From: Camelus dromedarius
Lineage: Eukaryota
Length of the DNA: 64,000 bases
Assembly: GCF_036321535.1 (NCBI RefSeq)
Contig: NC_087436.1
Coordinates: 75,270,001 to 75,334,000 of the forward strand
Reading direction: 5' to 3'
The notes below the pieces were generated by a model, which saw nothing but the letters and a program-made list of their open reading frames with translations, ran no database searches and was not told the DNA's origin. A program made the translations under genes and the position numbers. Below, one piece after another: positions 14,660-27,900 of this stretch. How positions within the stretch are numbered: position 1 is the stretch's first letter; each line of letters starts with the position of its first letter.

Positions 14660-14882
14660 GACCTGCTAGGAGACTAAAAATCCCAGCCATTTCTGCCCAG
14701 CATGGGACACCTCTGAACAGCTGTAAATGCTCCAAACTTTCCATGGGGTTGGGTGAGACTAGGTTGGCACTGCATTGCATTTCATCTTCTTTCTTTGCAT
14801 AGTCTTGCTTCTTCCCCTTCTCATACAAGTACTTGCCAAATCTGTATCAGGTTCTGCTTCCAGAGAACCCAGTCTGTGATAG
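14660..14882 (+). mobile_element. LTR16-like ERVL 3' LTR (partial)
   Basis: ggcactgcattgca...tctgcttccagagaacccagtctgtga terminus directly after the ERVL internal region. Confidence 0.65.
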
Positions 14883-15064
14883 CCCTCAATCTCACTTCCA
14901 TTTCCAGCCTCAGGTACTAAGAAAACATAGTACATATTTTCTAGGTTTTTCCCTATGTATTCATTTATATATATATTAAATACATGGACACTTAAACATT
15001 GAAAATTTTTCTTCACAGAAACAGGGTCATAGTATATATGTAGTTTTCTATGAGTAGACTTAAT

Positions 15065-16900
15065 TTTTAAGCAGTTTAATTGAGGTAGAATTTACATTTA
15101 GTAAAATTCACACTTTTAAAGTATATCTCAATGAGTTTTGACAGATAAAGATACAGATATTACATCATCCAAGCAAATTCTGTCACATTCCTTTGCAGTC
15201 AGTCCCTTTATCCCAGTCCTAGCTCTTGACCTGACTTCTGTCTCTGTAGATTTGCTTTTCCATAATATCATATAAATGGGCTCACACAGGATGTAGCATT
15301 TTGTGTCTGGACTCTTTCTTTTAGCATAATGAGTTTGAGATTTATTTGGATATATCAATAATTTATTCTTTTTTATTGTTGAGTAGTATTCCATTTGTGC
15401 ATGTACCACATTTGTGTATAAGTTTTGTGTGGACGTATTTTTAATTCTCTTAGAAAACTAGGGAGTGGGATTGGTGGGTCATTCATTAAGAGTATATTTA
15501 GCTTTCACAGAAACTATGAAACACTTCCAGAGTCACAGAAACATTCTACATTCCCACAAGCAATACATGTGTAGGCTCCAGTGAGTCTATGTTCTCGTAA
15601 GCACTTGGTATTTTCAGACTTTAATTTTAGTCTTTCTAGTAAGTGTGTAGTGGTATTTCATTATGATTCGTTTTGTATTTCCCTAATGACAAAAAATGTT
15701 GAGCATATTTTGGGGAAATGTTTGACAGTAACATTTAATGTAGAATAAAACATTTTTTATGTTGACTGTATTCTAATGTATTTATTTGACATCCTTATAT
15801 CATTTTGGTGATTTGTTTATTCAAATCTTTTGCCCTCTTTTTATTGGGATGTGTATTTCTTATTATTGAGTTATAAGATTTCTTTATATATTATGGATAA
15901 CATTTATTAATCAGATATGTGTTTACAAGCATTTTCTCCCAGTCTGCCTTTTTATTTTCTTAAACAGGTCTTTCGAGAGGCAGAAATTTAAATTTGATGA
16001 TGTCATTTATCAATATAAAAAAAAAAAGAAAAGCAATTATTTTCTGATCTATCTAAAAAATCTTTACCTAACCCAGTAACACAAAATTTTTCTCCTATGG
16101 CTTCTTCTAGAAATTTTATAATATTAACTTTTAAATTTGTGTCTATAATTCAAGTTAACTTCTGTGTAATTATAGAAGTAAAGGTCCACGTTCATTATGT
16201 TTTGCCTGTGGATGTCCAATTATTCTAGCATCATCTGCTTGAAAGACTGTTTCTTCTTCTTTATAAAAAAAATCCTACAATTGACCATGTATGTATAAGG
16301 TCTCTTTCTGAACTCTTTATACTGTTCCAGTAATTTATACATCTGCCCTTATATAAGTACTGTATTAGGATTCTCCAGAGAAAACGAATCAATAGTATAT
16401 ATCTATTACATGGAAAGAGAGATATAGAGATAGAGATTTATTATAGGAATTGGCTCACACAGTAGTTATGGAAGCCTACCATCTGCCATCTGTAAACTGG
16501 AGAACCAGGAAATCTGCTTGTGTATTTCAGTCTGAGTCCAAAGCCGTAAGAACCAGGGGAGTCAATGGTATAAGTCCCAGTCCAAGTCCAAAGGCCAGAG
16601 AACTGGAGCCAATGTCTGAGGGCAGGAGACGATGAAAGTCCTAGATAAGCAAAGAGAGCAAATTTGCTCTCCCTCTGTCTTTTCATTCTATTCAAGCCCT
16701 CAAGGGATTGGATGATGTCCACCTGCATTAGTTAGGATCGACTCAGTCTACCAATTCATGTGCTAATCTCTTCTGAAAACACTCTTACAGACACACCCAG
16801 AAATTATACTTTAACAGCTTTCTGGGCATCCCTTAGCTCTGTCAATTTCACCACCACAAATACTATACTATTTTGATTACTGTAGCTTTATTGTATTGAG
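15065..16900 (-). mobile_element. L1 3' end (L1MB/L1MC-like), split by MLT2
   Basis: ttaattgaggtagaatttacat...ttgagtagtattccatt...cattcccac..gcaat. Resumes after the LTR with ttttgattactgtagcttta. Confidence 0.85.
16361..16858 (-). mobile_element. MLT2 (ERVL) solo LTR
   Basis: TG...CA termini (tgtattaggattctccagagaaa ... caccaca). 5-bp TSD AGTAC/AATAC. Confidence 0.9.
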
Positions 16901-17049
16901 ATTTACTCACATGTTGGATATATTAGTTGTTCACTTTTTCTAATTGAACCCAAGTGATTTAAAATATATTCTTAAATAGGTTCTTAAAATAAGTTCTTTA
17001 AAAAAATTTTTTTCTCTTCTAGTGCCTTTATATTTTCATATAAATTTTG

Positions 17050-17784
17050 AGAACTTGTGCTTTTGGCAAAGATAGAGTAACAAGAACTTGAATTACCTCA
17101 TGCCTGAAATAACTAGAAAACTGAATAAAATACATGAGACAACAGTTTTCAGACATTGGACATCAAGCAGTGCAAAACAGTGGTCATTTATATGAGAAAC
17201 ATGAAGTGAGCTCTGTGATTGCCCATTTTACTTCCTGGAGAATGTTTTCAGGCCATGGCACAGAGGGGAGGGGACCTAGCAGAGCCTATCAGTCTTCCTG
17301 AGTTGAGGAGAAAAAGTTGAGAATCTTGGGAGGACAAGCAGCTAGAGGTCCTAGGGCAGAGTACAAAGGAGACAGCTGTCAAGAGAGTTCTGGAGATCTG
17401 TTTTAGTCCTTCCTCTGCTGAGTACTGATAATCTCATGTGTGTGAGGAATGTACCTGAGGCTGGAGATAGAATTCTATCCCCCAGAAGCAGAGGGAACAG
17501 TCCCTGTGCTCACCCAAGGCCAGAAATACATCATATTCTCATTAGCCAGAGGGAAAACCTTATAATTCACAGGGCACTGAGCAGAGAATTCAGAAAGTTA
17601 TCATAGCCAAATTGGACATTGGCTAAAGATTGTTTTGATCTCACCTTACAAAGTTTAAAAGCAAGCCTTGAAAAAATCAAACTGTTTCCAGGTAACAAAA
17701 TTGTATTCAAACACAAGACTATCCAGCACCCAACAAAGTAATATTCATAATGTTTAGTATCAAATAAAAAAAGAAAGTACCAGA
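17050..17784 (+). mobile_element. Ancient L1 5'-UTR fragment, same family as 5250-5960
   Basis: Shared motifs with the 5250 element (gatagagtaac, aaaatacatga.ac.acagtt, aaagttta..a.caagcct). Confidence 0.7.
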
Positions 17785-18288
17785 TGTGGTAAGCTGAATA
17801 ATGGCCCCCAAAGATATCAACATTCTAATCCTGGGAACCTGTGAAAGTTAACCTGTGAGAGTTACCTTATATGGCAACAGGGCCTTTCCAGATGGGATTA
17901 AATTAAGGATTTGAGATAGGGTGATTATCTTGGATTATCCAGATGGGCTCTAAAGGTAATCCCAAATTTCCTTAAAGGAGAGAAAGCAGAGGGAGATTTG
18001 ATTACAGAGACAGGAGACAATGTGATGACTGAAGGAAGATGTTACACAGCTGACTTTGAAGCCGTGAGCCATGAGCCAAAGAATGCAAGGAATGCAGCTC
18101 TAGGTGCCAGAAAAGAAATGGAAGCAGAGTCACCACTTGAGCCTCCAGAGTGAGCATGGCCCCGCAGACTCTGATTTTGGCACAGTGCAGTGGATATCAG
18201 TTCTGACCGCCATAACTTTAAAAGTATGTGTGGCTATAAGCCACCATGTAGTGGTAATTTGTTATAGCAGCCATAGGAAACCAATACG
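17785..18288 (+). mobile_element. MaLR 5' LTR (MLT1D-like)
   Basis: tgtggtaagctgaataatggcccccaaagat ... gttatagcagccataggaaaccaatac. Confidence 0.9.
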
Positions 18289-19311
18289 GATTTTGGTACC
18301 AGGAATGGGTAACAGATACCTAGAAATGTGAAAGTTGCTTTGGAATTGGGTGATGAATAGAGGCTGGAAGAATTTTGATAAGTATGATAGAAAAAGCATA
18401 GATTACTTTGAACAAACTATTGGTAGAAATAACGGATATTAATGACTGCCATTGAGGGCTCAGAGGAAGTGAGGAGCATGGTGGAGAAAGCCTATATTGT
18501 CTTAAAGAATATCCAAATTGTCATAAACTGACTAGTAAAAATATGAACATTAAAGGCTCTGTTGGTGAAGGCTTAGAAAAGAATGGGGAACACTTTTTTG
18601 GAAACTGGAGGAAAGAGGGTCTTTGTTATAGAGCGGCAGAAGTTTGGCTGAATTGTGTCCCACAGTTGTATGGAAAACAATACGTGTAAGAAATGAACTT
18701 GGATATTAAGTGAGAAGATTTCCAAGCAAAGTATTGAAGGTGCAGCCTGTTTTCTTCTTGCTGATTATAGTAAAATGAGAGAAGAAAGAGATAAATTAAT
18801 GGAAGAATTGTTAAGCATAAAGAAAACAGGACTTTATGATTTAGAAAATTCTCAGGCCTATCTAGATTGCAAAAAAATGCTAAAATTTGGAGATTCACTG
18901 CAGGAAAAGTATGCTCCAAATAGAAAGCCAAGAGTGCGACTGGACATCTTTTGCTAGTGCTTTGGAAGAATCAAAAGATCACTATATTCATTCATGCAGA
19001 GGGAGTCTGAAGAGATTAAGCATAAGACTTATGGATCTCCACAGCCATCTCAGCAGAACTCAGAAAAAGGTGTAATTATCTAGGAAATATCTGTGAGGGA
19101 GCCTTTTGTTTAATGGCATACATTCCCAGGAGACTCACATGGTTTTGAGAATGTGGTGTCAGCAGAAAAACTGACAGCTTGGACTAAAAAGGATGAGAGA
19201 CAGGATGAAATGGAAGAAGGCTGTTGGTTCCCCAAAATTCTACAGGCAGGAGATATGATAAAACTACTCATCTGGGAATATGTCCTACCCTTCAAGAAAA
19301 AGGATGACTTT

Positions 19312-19424
19312 TTTTTTTTATTTATGTAATTTTTGTACATACTTATTTTTTATTGAAGTATAGTCAATTTACAATGTTGTGTTAATTTCTGGTGTACAGC
19401 ACAGTGATCCAGTTATGTATATAT
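19312..19424 (-). mobile_element. Very short L1 3' end with 11-bp TSD
   Basis: AGGATGACTTT at 19301-19311 and 19425-19435. Poly-T, then attgaagtatagtc..tttacaatgttgtg. Confidence 0.9.
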
Positions 19425-19618
19425 AGGATGACTTTGAGTCCAGAGGTCAGAGGCCTGAGCTACAGAGGTTTATTCCTGAGCTTTTAAACCTAATGAAGGT
19501 TGACCAGTTGGATTTTGGAATTGCTTGGGACAAATGACTTTTTCTTCTTCCCTTTAGAAATGGGAATGTCTATAACTGTTATCCTATGCATTTTCAAATA
19601 TCATATTTTGCGAGCATA

Positions 19619-19978
19619 TATCTTAGTCTGTTAGGGTTGCTATAATAAAATTCTGTAGGCTGAGTGGCTTGTAAACAACAGAAATTTATTGCTCACAGTC
19701 CTGGAGTCTGGGAATTCCAAGATCAAGATGCTGGCAGGTTTGGTATCAGAGGAGAGCACACTTCCTGGTTCATTGACAGCAATTTCTGGCTGTGTTATCA
19801 CATGGTAGAAGGGGGCAAGGGAGCTTTCTTGGACCTCTTTTATAAGGTCACTAATCTCATTCCTGAGGGCTCCACCCTCATGATCTAATCACCATTCCAA
19901 AGCCCCATTTTCTCTTACCATCACCTTGGGGGTTAGGATTAACATGTGAATTTTGGAGGACACATTCAAACCATAACA
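19619..19978 (-). mobile_element. MLT1A-like solo LTR
   Basis: Matches the recalled MLT1A consensus. Perfect 5-bp TSD GCATA (19614-19618, 19979-19983). Confidence 0.9.
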
Positions 19979-20179
19979 GCATATAAGTAGTTTTCTAGTT
20001 TCACAAGTCCATGAATGGAGGAGAATTTTGCCCTAGACTGGATTATATCCAGAATCCCACTCATATTTGAACTTAAGTGGTAAGATTTGGGACTTTTGAG
20101 TTGATGGTACATAGATAAGATTTTGCACCTGTAATGGATGAAGACTTTTGGAGATGGTGGGATGTGATGGAATAACATC

Positions 20180-21050
20180 TCCCCTGACTGAAGTAGTTAG
20201 TTTTCCTTTGCCTGAGAGTCTGAAATGCCCTTCTATGAATTAGTTTGCAGGAGAATGTTGGTCTCCTTTAGGACCTCCCCCTACTACCTCCCATTGTTGC
20301 TAGACCTACAACCAGACTCAAGACTCCTGACACCCCAAAGGGTGAGGTACAAAGACCCATGAGGAGACACCATATGCACCAAAATAGTCACAATATAAAT
20401 CAGATAAATAATTATGGAAATAGAGCCTAACGGTGCTAGATCAGGATGTCCATAAATCCTCAAATTCTGATTATTTTCCTTCTCCTATGCAGTCTGCCTG
20501 CTAAATGACAGCAAGTTTATTTTCGGGTCTAGAAGGAAGATTTGCCATATACGTTTTCAGCTGGTTAGCAACATATTTCCTCAAGAGAACACTAGCCTCC
20601 CCTTCATTCAGGGGGCTTTGAGCCTGGAAATTGGTTGAGGATCCACAATTCCTGTTGTAGTGGTTTAAGTTAGACTAAAAATAAATAAATCTAGAGCTCT
20701 CTCACTTACATAAATCAAGAAAGACTTTAGTTCACTGCTTATCTATCTCAGCCCTAAGGACACTGTGATCAGAGAGCCAACACGAAAAGCTCTAAGCAAG
20801 TCTAAACATCCTCATGATTACTTTGGTTCTGCTTTCATTCTAGTAACCATAGCAGCCTTGTCTTTGAGGATTAAGTGCTGTAACTTGCTCCCTGCCACCC
20901 TAGCATCCCATCATCCTCACTGAATTTATAGAGTCCAGTTAGATGACAGCTTTTCTCATACTGGCTTGCAAAGAATAGTCACCACAAGGCCCTTCAAGGA
21001 TACCAGGGCTCACTTCATCAATGAACTTCTTAATGTCTTGGAGAAGGCAG
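20180..21050. mobile_element. ERVL gag remnants: + piece (~20180-20450) then - piece (~20450-21050)
   Basis: + strand ARPTTRLKTPDTPKGEVQ. - strand LDSINSVRMMGC*GGREQVTALNPQRQG. Both resemble ERVL Gag. Confidence 0.6.
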
Positions 21051-21495
21051 TTATACTTGTCATCTCTATTTTTCTCTAAATTGCAAGATTTTGCTATTCT
21101 ATTAGTTTTTTTTCCAAAAAAACTATGCTTTTGTTTTTATTGGTATGTACTTTGTTTTGTATTTAACTTATGTTTTTGTATTTATTAATACATTTCTTGA
21201 ATTTCTCTGGACTTCATTTTTTCTTGATTCTTGAGTTAAAACGTTGGGTTTTTTAGTTTTCGATCTTTATTTCTTTTAATAAATTCCTTTAAGCTGTAAC
21301 TATTCTTCATTTCTTGTTTTGGATATCATATCATATTAAACTCTATCACATAAGCTTTGATAAGCAATTTTCCTTGTCATTAATTTTTCTATAGTTTGTA
21401 ACTTTGGTTTTGATACCTTCTTTAAACCAAGAGTTATTTAAAGGAGTGCTTCTAAATCTCTCAGTGCACATATTTAAAATAAAAGTTATTCCTTT

Positions 21496-21705
21496 TTTTT
21501 TGCATTCTTTTTTTATTGAAGCATATAGTCAGTTTACAATGTTGCATCAGTTTCTGGTGTACAGCATAATGTTTCACTCATACATATATATACATATATT
21601 TATTTTCATATTCTGATTGCTATATATAAAATAGATAAACAACAACCTTATAATGTATGGCACAGGGAACTATATTCAATATCTTGTAGTAACCTATAAT
21701 GAAAA
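21496..21705 (-). mobile_element. Short 5'-inverted L1 insertion
   Basis: Antisense L1 tail 21496-21614 joined to sense L1 21615-21705. Imperfect TSD AAAAGTTATTCCTTT / AAAAATTATTCTTTT. Confidence 0.85.
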
Positions 21706-22456
21706 ATTATTCTTTTCTTGTCAATGCCTACTTTTATTGTGGTTGTTAGAGAATATGTTAGTATTTTTTTCTTGAATTTTTTAGGATTTTATTTATGACA
21801 ATATGTGGACAATGATTATAACTGTTCTTTGTGTGTTTGAAAAGCAAATACATCCTTCACTCTTTTTGGTCAAGAAAATCTGATTCTGTTCTGTTCTCCC
21901 TACATCTACTGTCTTACCCCTCCTGCCTCTCACTCCCCAAAATAATTTTGAAATTCTGCTCTGGGTCTCTAATTTAACATTCCAAAACTAAAATAGATCA
22001 ATGGTCTTCACCACTGTATTTCCCTACTTCCTCTTCTCACTCCCCACCCCTTCTTCTAATAAATTTTTATTTCAAAACTTCTTTTTCCTTAAATCTAATT
22101 TCTAGGTATTTTTGGCATTTTAGCTCTAAACTAGTGTTTACTTTCCCTTGAATTATACCTTTTTACTTTTTATGACCCTTATTCAACATCCATTTTCTAC
22201 TTTAAAATTGCACTGTCATCATTAAGTTTTAATTTAATACCTTTTTTCAGTTTTTAAAAACTAGGATTTTTTTTGCTCACCATTGTTTCTTGTACACTCA
22301 GTCTTTTACTAACTTGAGATTATTTGTCCTGAATTAATTTTCTCTTTGCTTATTTGTTGCCTAAGAAGGATACATAGGTAGTATATTCTGAGATTATATA
22401 AAATTTATTCTCTTACTCTTTCATGGAGATGATATCTAGGCTGGCAAAGAATTCTT

Positions 22457-24768
22457 TTTTTTAAATAATTTTTAAAAAAATTGAAGTGTAGTCATTTACA
22501 ATGTTGTGTCAGTTTCTGGTGTACAGCATAATAGTTCAGTCAGACATATACATACATATATTAGTTTTCATATTGTTTTTCACCATAGGTTACTACAAGA
22601 TATTGAATATGGTTCCTGTGCTACACAGTATGAACTTATTTATCTATTTTATATATAGTAGTTAGTATTACAAATCTCAAACTCCCAATTTATCCCTTCC
22701 CACCTCCTTTCTTCCCTGGTAACCATAAATTTGTTTTCTATGTCTGTGATTGTGAATCTGTTTCTGTTTTGTAAAAAGTTCATTTTTTTTTTTTTTAGAT
22801 TCCACATATAAGTGATATCATATGGTATTTTTCTTTCTCTTTCTGGCTTACTTCACTTAGAATGACAATCTCCAGTTCCATCCATGTTGCTGCAAATGGC
22901 ATTATTTTATTATTTTTTATGGCTGAGTAGTTTTCCGTTTTATAAATATACCACAACTTCTTTATCCAGTCATCTGTAGGTGGACATTTAGGTTGTTACC
23001 ATGTCTTGGCTATTGACTATAGAGCTACTATGAACATTGGGGTACGTGTATCTTTCCAAATTAAAGTTCCCTCCAGATATATGCCCAGGAGTGGGATTGC
23101 TGGATCATATGGTAAGTCTATATTTAGTTTTTTGAGGAATCTCTATACTGTTTTCCCTAATATCTGTACCAAACTACATTCCCACCAGCAGTGTAGGAAG
23201 GTTCCCTTTTCTCCACACCCTCTCCATCATTTATCATTGTTGGACTTTTGAAGATGGCCATTCTGACTGGTGTGAGGTGATACTTCATTATAGTTTTGAT
23301 TTGTATTCCTCTGAAAATTAGCGATATTGAGCATTTTTTTTCATGTGCCTACTGGTCATTTGTATGCCTTCATTGGAAAATTGCTTGTTTAGATCTTCTG
23401 CCCATTTTTGGATTGGGTTGTTTGGGTTTTTTTTGTTGTTGCTGTTATTAAGTTGTATGAGCTGTTTATATATTCTGGAAATTAAACCTTTGGCAGTCTT
23501 ATCTTTTGCAGATATTTTCTCCCATCCCACAGGTTTGTCTTTGTTTTGCTTATGGTTACCTTTGGTATTCAAAAGCTTATGAATTTAATTAGGTCCCATT
23601 TGTTTGTTTTTGCTTTTATTTCAGTTGCCTGAGTAGACTGCCCTAGGAAAATGTTGCTGAGATTTATGTCAGATAATGTTTTGCCTATGTTTTCTTCAAA
23701 GAGGTTTATAGTGTCTTGTCTTATATTTAAGCCATTTTGAGTTTATTTTTGTGTATGGTGTGAGGGAGTATTCTAACTTCATTGATTTATATGCAGCTGT
23801 TCAGTTTTCCCAACGCCATTTGCTGAAGAAACTATCTTTACTCCATTGTATTTTCTTGCCTTCTTTGTCAAAGATTAATTGACCAAAGTCTGTGGGTTTA
23901 TTTCTGGGCTCTCTATTCTGTTCCATTAATCCATATGTCTGTTTTTGTCCTAATACCATGCCATTTTGATTACTGTAGCTCTGTAATATTGTCTGAAGTC
24001 TGAGAGGGTTTTTCCTCCAGCTTCGTTCTTTTCTTCAGTATTGCTTTGGCAATTCTGGGTTTTCTGTGATTCTATATAAATCTTAGGATTATTTGTTCTA
24101 GTTCTGTGAATAATGTCATGGATAATTTGATAGGAATTGTATTAAATCTATAGATTGCTTTGGGTAGTACGGCCATTTTAACAATATTAATTCTTACAAT
24201 CCAAGAACATGGGATATTTTTCCATTTCTTTAAGTAATCTTTAATTTCCTTAGTCAGTGTTTTGTAGTTCTCTGTGTATAAGTCTTTCACTTCCTTGGTC
24301 AGATTTAGTCCTAAGTATTTTATTTTTTTGGATGCAATTTTAAAAGGGATTATTTCTTTACTTTTCTGATATTTCATTGTTAGTGTAAAGAAATGCCGCT
24401 GATTTCTGTATGTTAATCTTATATCCTGCTACCTTGCTGAATTCTTTTATCAGCTCTAGTAGTTTTTGTGTGGAGCCTTTGGGGTTTTCTATATATCATA
24501 TCACATCATACGCATATAATGACAATTTTACCTCTTCTCTTCCAATTTGGATCCCTTTTATTTCTTTTTCTTGTTTAATTGCTATGGCTAGGACTTCCAA
24601 TACTATGTTGAATAGAAGTGTTGAGAGTGGGCATCATTGTCTTGTTCCAGATTTTAGTGGGAACGCTTTCAACTTTCCACTGTTGAGTATTATACTTGCT
24701 ATAGGTTTGTCATAAATAGCCTTTATTATGTTGAGATATGTTCCCTCTATATGTTCCCGCCTTTGGTT
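22457..24768 (-). mobile_element. 5'-truncated lineage-specific L1 (ORF2 C-terminal half + 3' UTR)
   Basis: ORF 24072-24377 [55 protein letters not shown]. 20-bp TSD TAGGCTGGCAAAGAATTCTT (22437) / TAGGCTGATAAAGAATTCTT (24769). Confidence 0.97.
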
Positions 24769-24885
24769 TAGGCTGATAAAGAATTCTTGAGTCTTACCTC
24801 TTTTCTCTGGAAAGCCTGAAAATATTTTTCCCTTTCTTCCAGAGTTGCAGGTGAGAAATCCATTGTGGTGTTCTTCCCTAAGTTA

Positions 24886-24888
<3 letters not shown>

Positions 24889-24932
<44 letters not shown>
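24889..24932. repeat. (TG)22 microsatellite
   Basis: Direct read. Confidence 0.98.
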
Positions 24933-24935
<3 letters not shown>

Positions 24936-27900
24936 ATGTCTGAAACTATCTTGGGCATTCATAGTTTAATCAGATTTAGTCAAAAATGTGTCATTAAAAA
25001 TTAATTATGCTTGGCACATTTAATCTAAAAAGTAAACTCTTCTGTTCTCTTTTTAAACTTCTCCTTTGTATGTTCTCTGTTTACCTCTTGGAATGTGCAT
25101 TGTTTTGTTTTGACTCTTCAGGATCTGTCTTTCATATCTTTTTATTAAAAACTTCCAACCTTTATATTTGGGGGCTTTGTTGTGTTATAGTTCCTCTCTT
25201 TGATCTTTCATACTTTTTATTTCCAGAAGTATCTATTCTGGTGTTTCTCTAATGAATTTTAAAATTCAAGTATTATAGTTTAAAAAAAAAGTCTTTTTCA
25301 AATAAATATTTTTGGTTTTATGATTCTTCATTTACCAATGTTTTTCTATGCCACTGTTGTGTAATATTTTTTTCTTAAATTGTTTTTTCTCTCTATTTTA
25401 GTTTCCTCATGGGAGACATCTGTCCTGGTTTTGTTTTGTTTTGATTTTTTTTCAGCCCTGTTATTCCTCCTTCAAGCTACCAAGCCCCATAAATAATCTG
25501 AGATCCTTCTTCACTTTCCCATATCAGTGCATGTGTAAGTCAGCCTGTTGGGGTCTCTCAGTCCATGGTGGAGGGCAAGAGATGAGAGTTAGTAATGAAA
25601 CTTTTCTCATGAGGCAGCAGTGAGTGGAACTTGACATGCTGTCAGCATCCTCGAGTTTGAGTGTGTCTGTGTGGGAGATGGGGTGTGGTCCTTCTTCAGC
25701 TACAACAAAGGGGGCAGTTCAGACCAATGGTACAATTCCTCCTATGAGTGACCTGCAACAGTAGAACTAGATGATTTCCTTATGTTGGAGTTATCCATTA
25801 GGCAAAAACAATCAGGTCTTATTTTAGTAAATGCAAAATCAATAAACTACTTCAATTTCCACCAGAGTGATAGGCCTTCTCCTTGAATGCCTGATCTCTG
25901 ATCCTTTCAGCTTTGTAAATGATGCTGTGCAGGAGCTGCCCTAACCAGGCTAAAAAACTGCCTTTCTAGGACATTGAATCCACAGTAGGCCACATTTTCT
26001 TCATTCGCTTCCCCAGTCCCAAGGCCCTTTCCCCATTAATTGTATCACTAATCAGTTGGGAGAGACACTCTGTGCTTAGGCTCTCACTTTCCCAGCAAGA
26101 GTAGCTACTGTTCTTTGACTGCTTCTTTCCTTATGTTTTCCTTATTTCCTCCACTGAGAACTTGTTTTGAACAGATGTTTGGTTTCCTGGAGCTATATCA
26201 TATTTTAGTCCTTTAAATTTTGAAAATGTCATCAGTTTTATCTTTTAGGCTACTGATTAAAGTCTTCAGCTATGTATGTTTTATTGTTGAAATCTTTCGT
26301 AAAGTTTTTCTTATTTTGGAAATTATGTATTTTCCCAAAACTCATGTATTCTTGACTGCTCTTTTTTCATACATGTCAAAGCTTGTTTTACAAAAATATT
26401 ATCCTTTGAAATAACCCTGAGGATATAAACTTAATCTTTTCAAGAGTTTCCTTGCATTTCTTACATAACACTTTTTGCTCTGGGATAGGTTATTTTGTTT
26501 GTTCATCTTTAAATTTCTGTTTCAAGCTGTCATTCTTTTCTCAGAGACCCCAAACTAAAGAGCTCTATGGATAAATGTAGGTAAGATTCCTTCCAATTAC
26601 ATGGGCACTGGGCAGGCAGGCAGCTGGGGTACTCTGTAACTGCCTAAGTTAAAAAGGCATTACTCTGGGTGCAGTGCTTTATGCCATGGATAACACTAAT
26701 TAATGTGACTATCCATCAGAGTGTTATTTATTTTTAACTGATGTAGGCAGCCATTTATGGAATCCCCACAATTGTATTGAAAATGAAGACAACTGAGACT
26801 GTTTTTGGTGGCATATGTAAAGTAGCATCATATGAACAACTTTCCAGTTCAATTCAAAGCTTTCAGTCTTTTAATATATTCAGACTATAAGAGGATTTAT
26901 AAATAGAGTCATGGGTGAAAACAACTGCCCTCTTTATTTTCAAATACATTTTAGAAAATCAGAATAGAAAACATTTTTTCCCGTTTTTTTCTATGAGGGG
27001 AGAATACAGAAAAATCATGCAATTCTAGCCATGCTAGATCGTAAAGGTATATATACACATAAACTTGGTTCTGTCTTTGGATATCTATGAAATTAATTTC
27101 ATTTTTACAGCAGTTCTTTCCCTTTAACTTGTTTGAGTGGGCACTCTTTCTTGCAACAGGTCTCTCTGACTACAACATCATATGTAAATTAAGGCAGTTA
27201 CATATCTTTACATTTTATTAAAAGATTTGGCCTCACTTCATTGCAAGTTAAATTTTCTATACTAATACTACATTTGATGCATCACAGGTTCAGATTCATA
27301 CTGATATATTTTGGTGAGGAGAGGCATAATGGAGGATGCTAAAGAAGGATGCTGAAGTTGGTTAATAGAGAGCCAACTCAAGGAGATACCAACATTTCTC
27401 CCATCTCAGAGGCACTCTCAAATTCTGCACACTTTTTGGTTCAAAACAAGATATGAAGAGACACGGGGTCATGGTTCTTCACTGTCACTTTCCCACTTTC
27501 CTTTTTGTCTTGTGCCCACATGGGAAATATTTCTCAACTCTACAGCCTCCTAAAACTGACAGCAGGTTCAGGACTGCCTGTCTGCCAGGGGACTCCCATG
27601 AGAACCCAAGGCCAGTTTCTCCCTGTCTTTTCAAAACCCACAATCACTTTAAGATTGAATCACTCCAGGGGCACTGAAGCCAGACTTATTGCAGTTCAGA
27701 TGTTACTAGATACTTATAGGATAAGAGATAAAAAGAGCAAAATTAAATGTTAATGGATTAATATGAGCAAACATACCAGATTCACAATGATAGTAAAAGT
27801 TGTGGCTCTGATTATATCATCATTGGAAATCTTTAAAAAATAAAGACACTAAAAGCTACTTAGTTTTCCATGGATCAAGGTATGGGATCATTACCTTTGC

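Larger units (their letters stand above)
18289..20175 (+). mobile_element. MaLR internal region (MLT1-int), interrupted twice
   Basis: Starts with the hallmark gattttggtaccagga right after the LTR, then ttggaattgggtgatgaatagaggctggaagaatttt and ggaaactggaggaaag. Confidence 0.85.
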
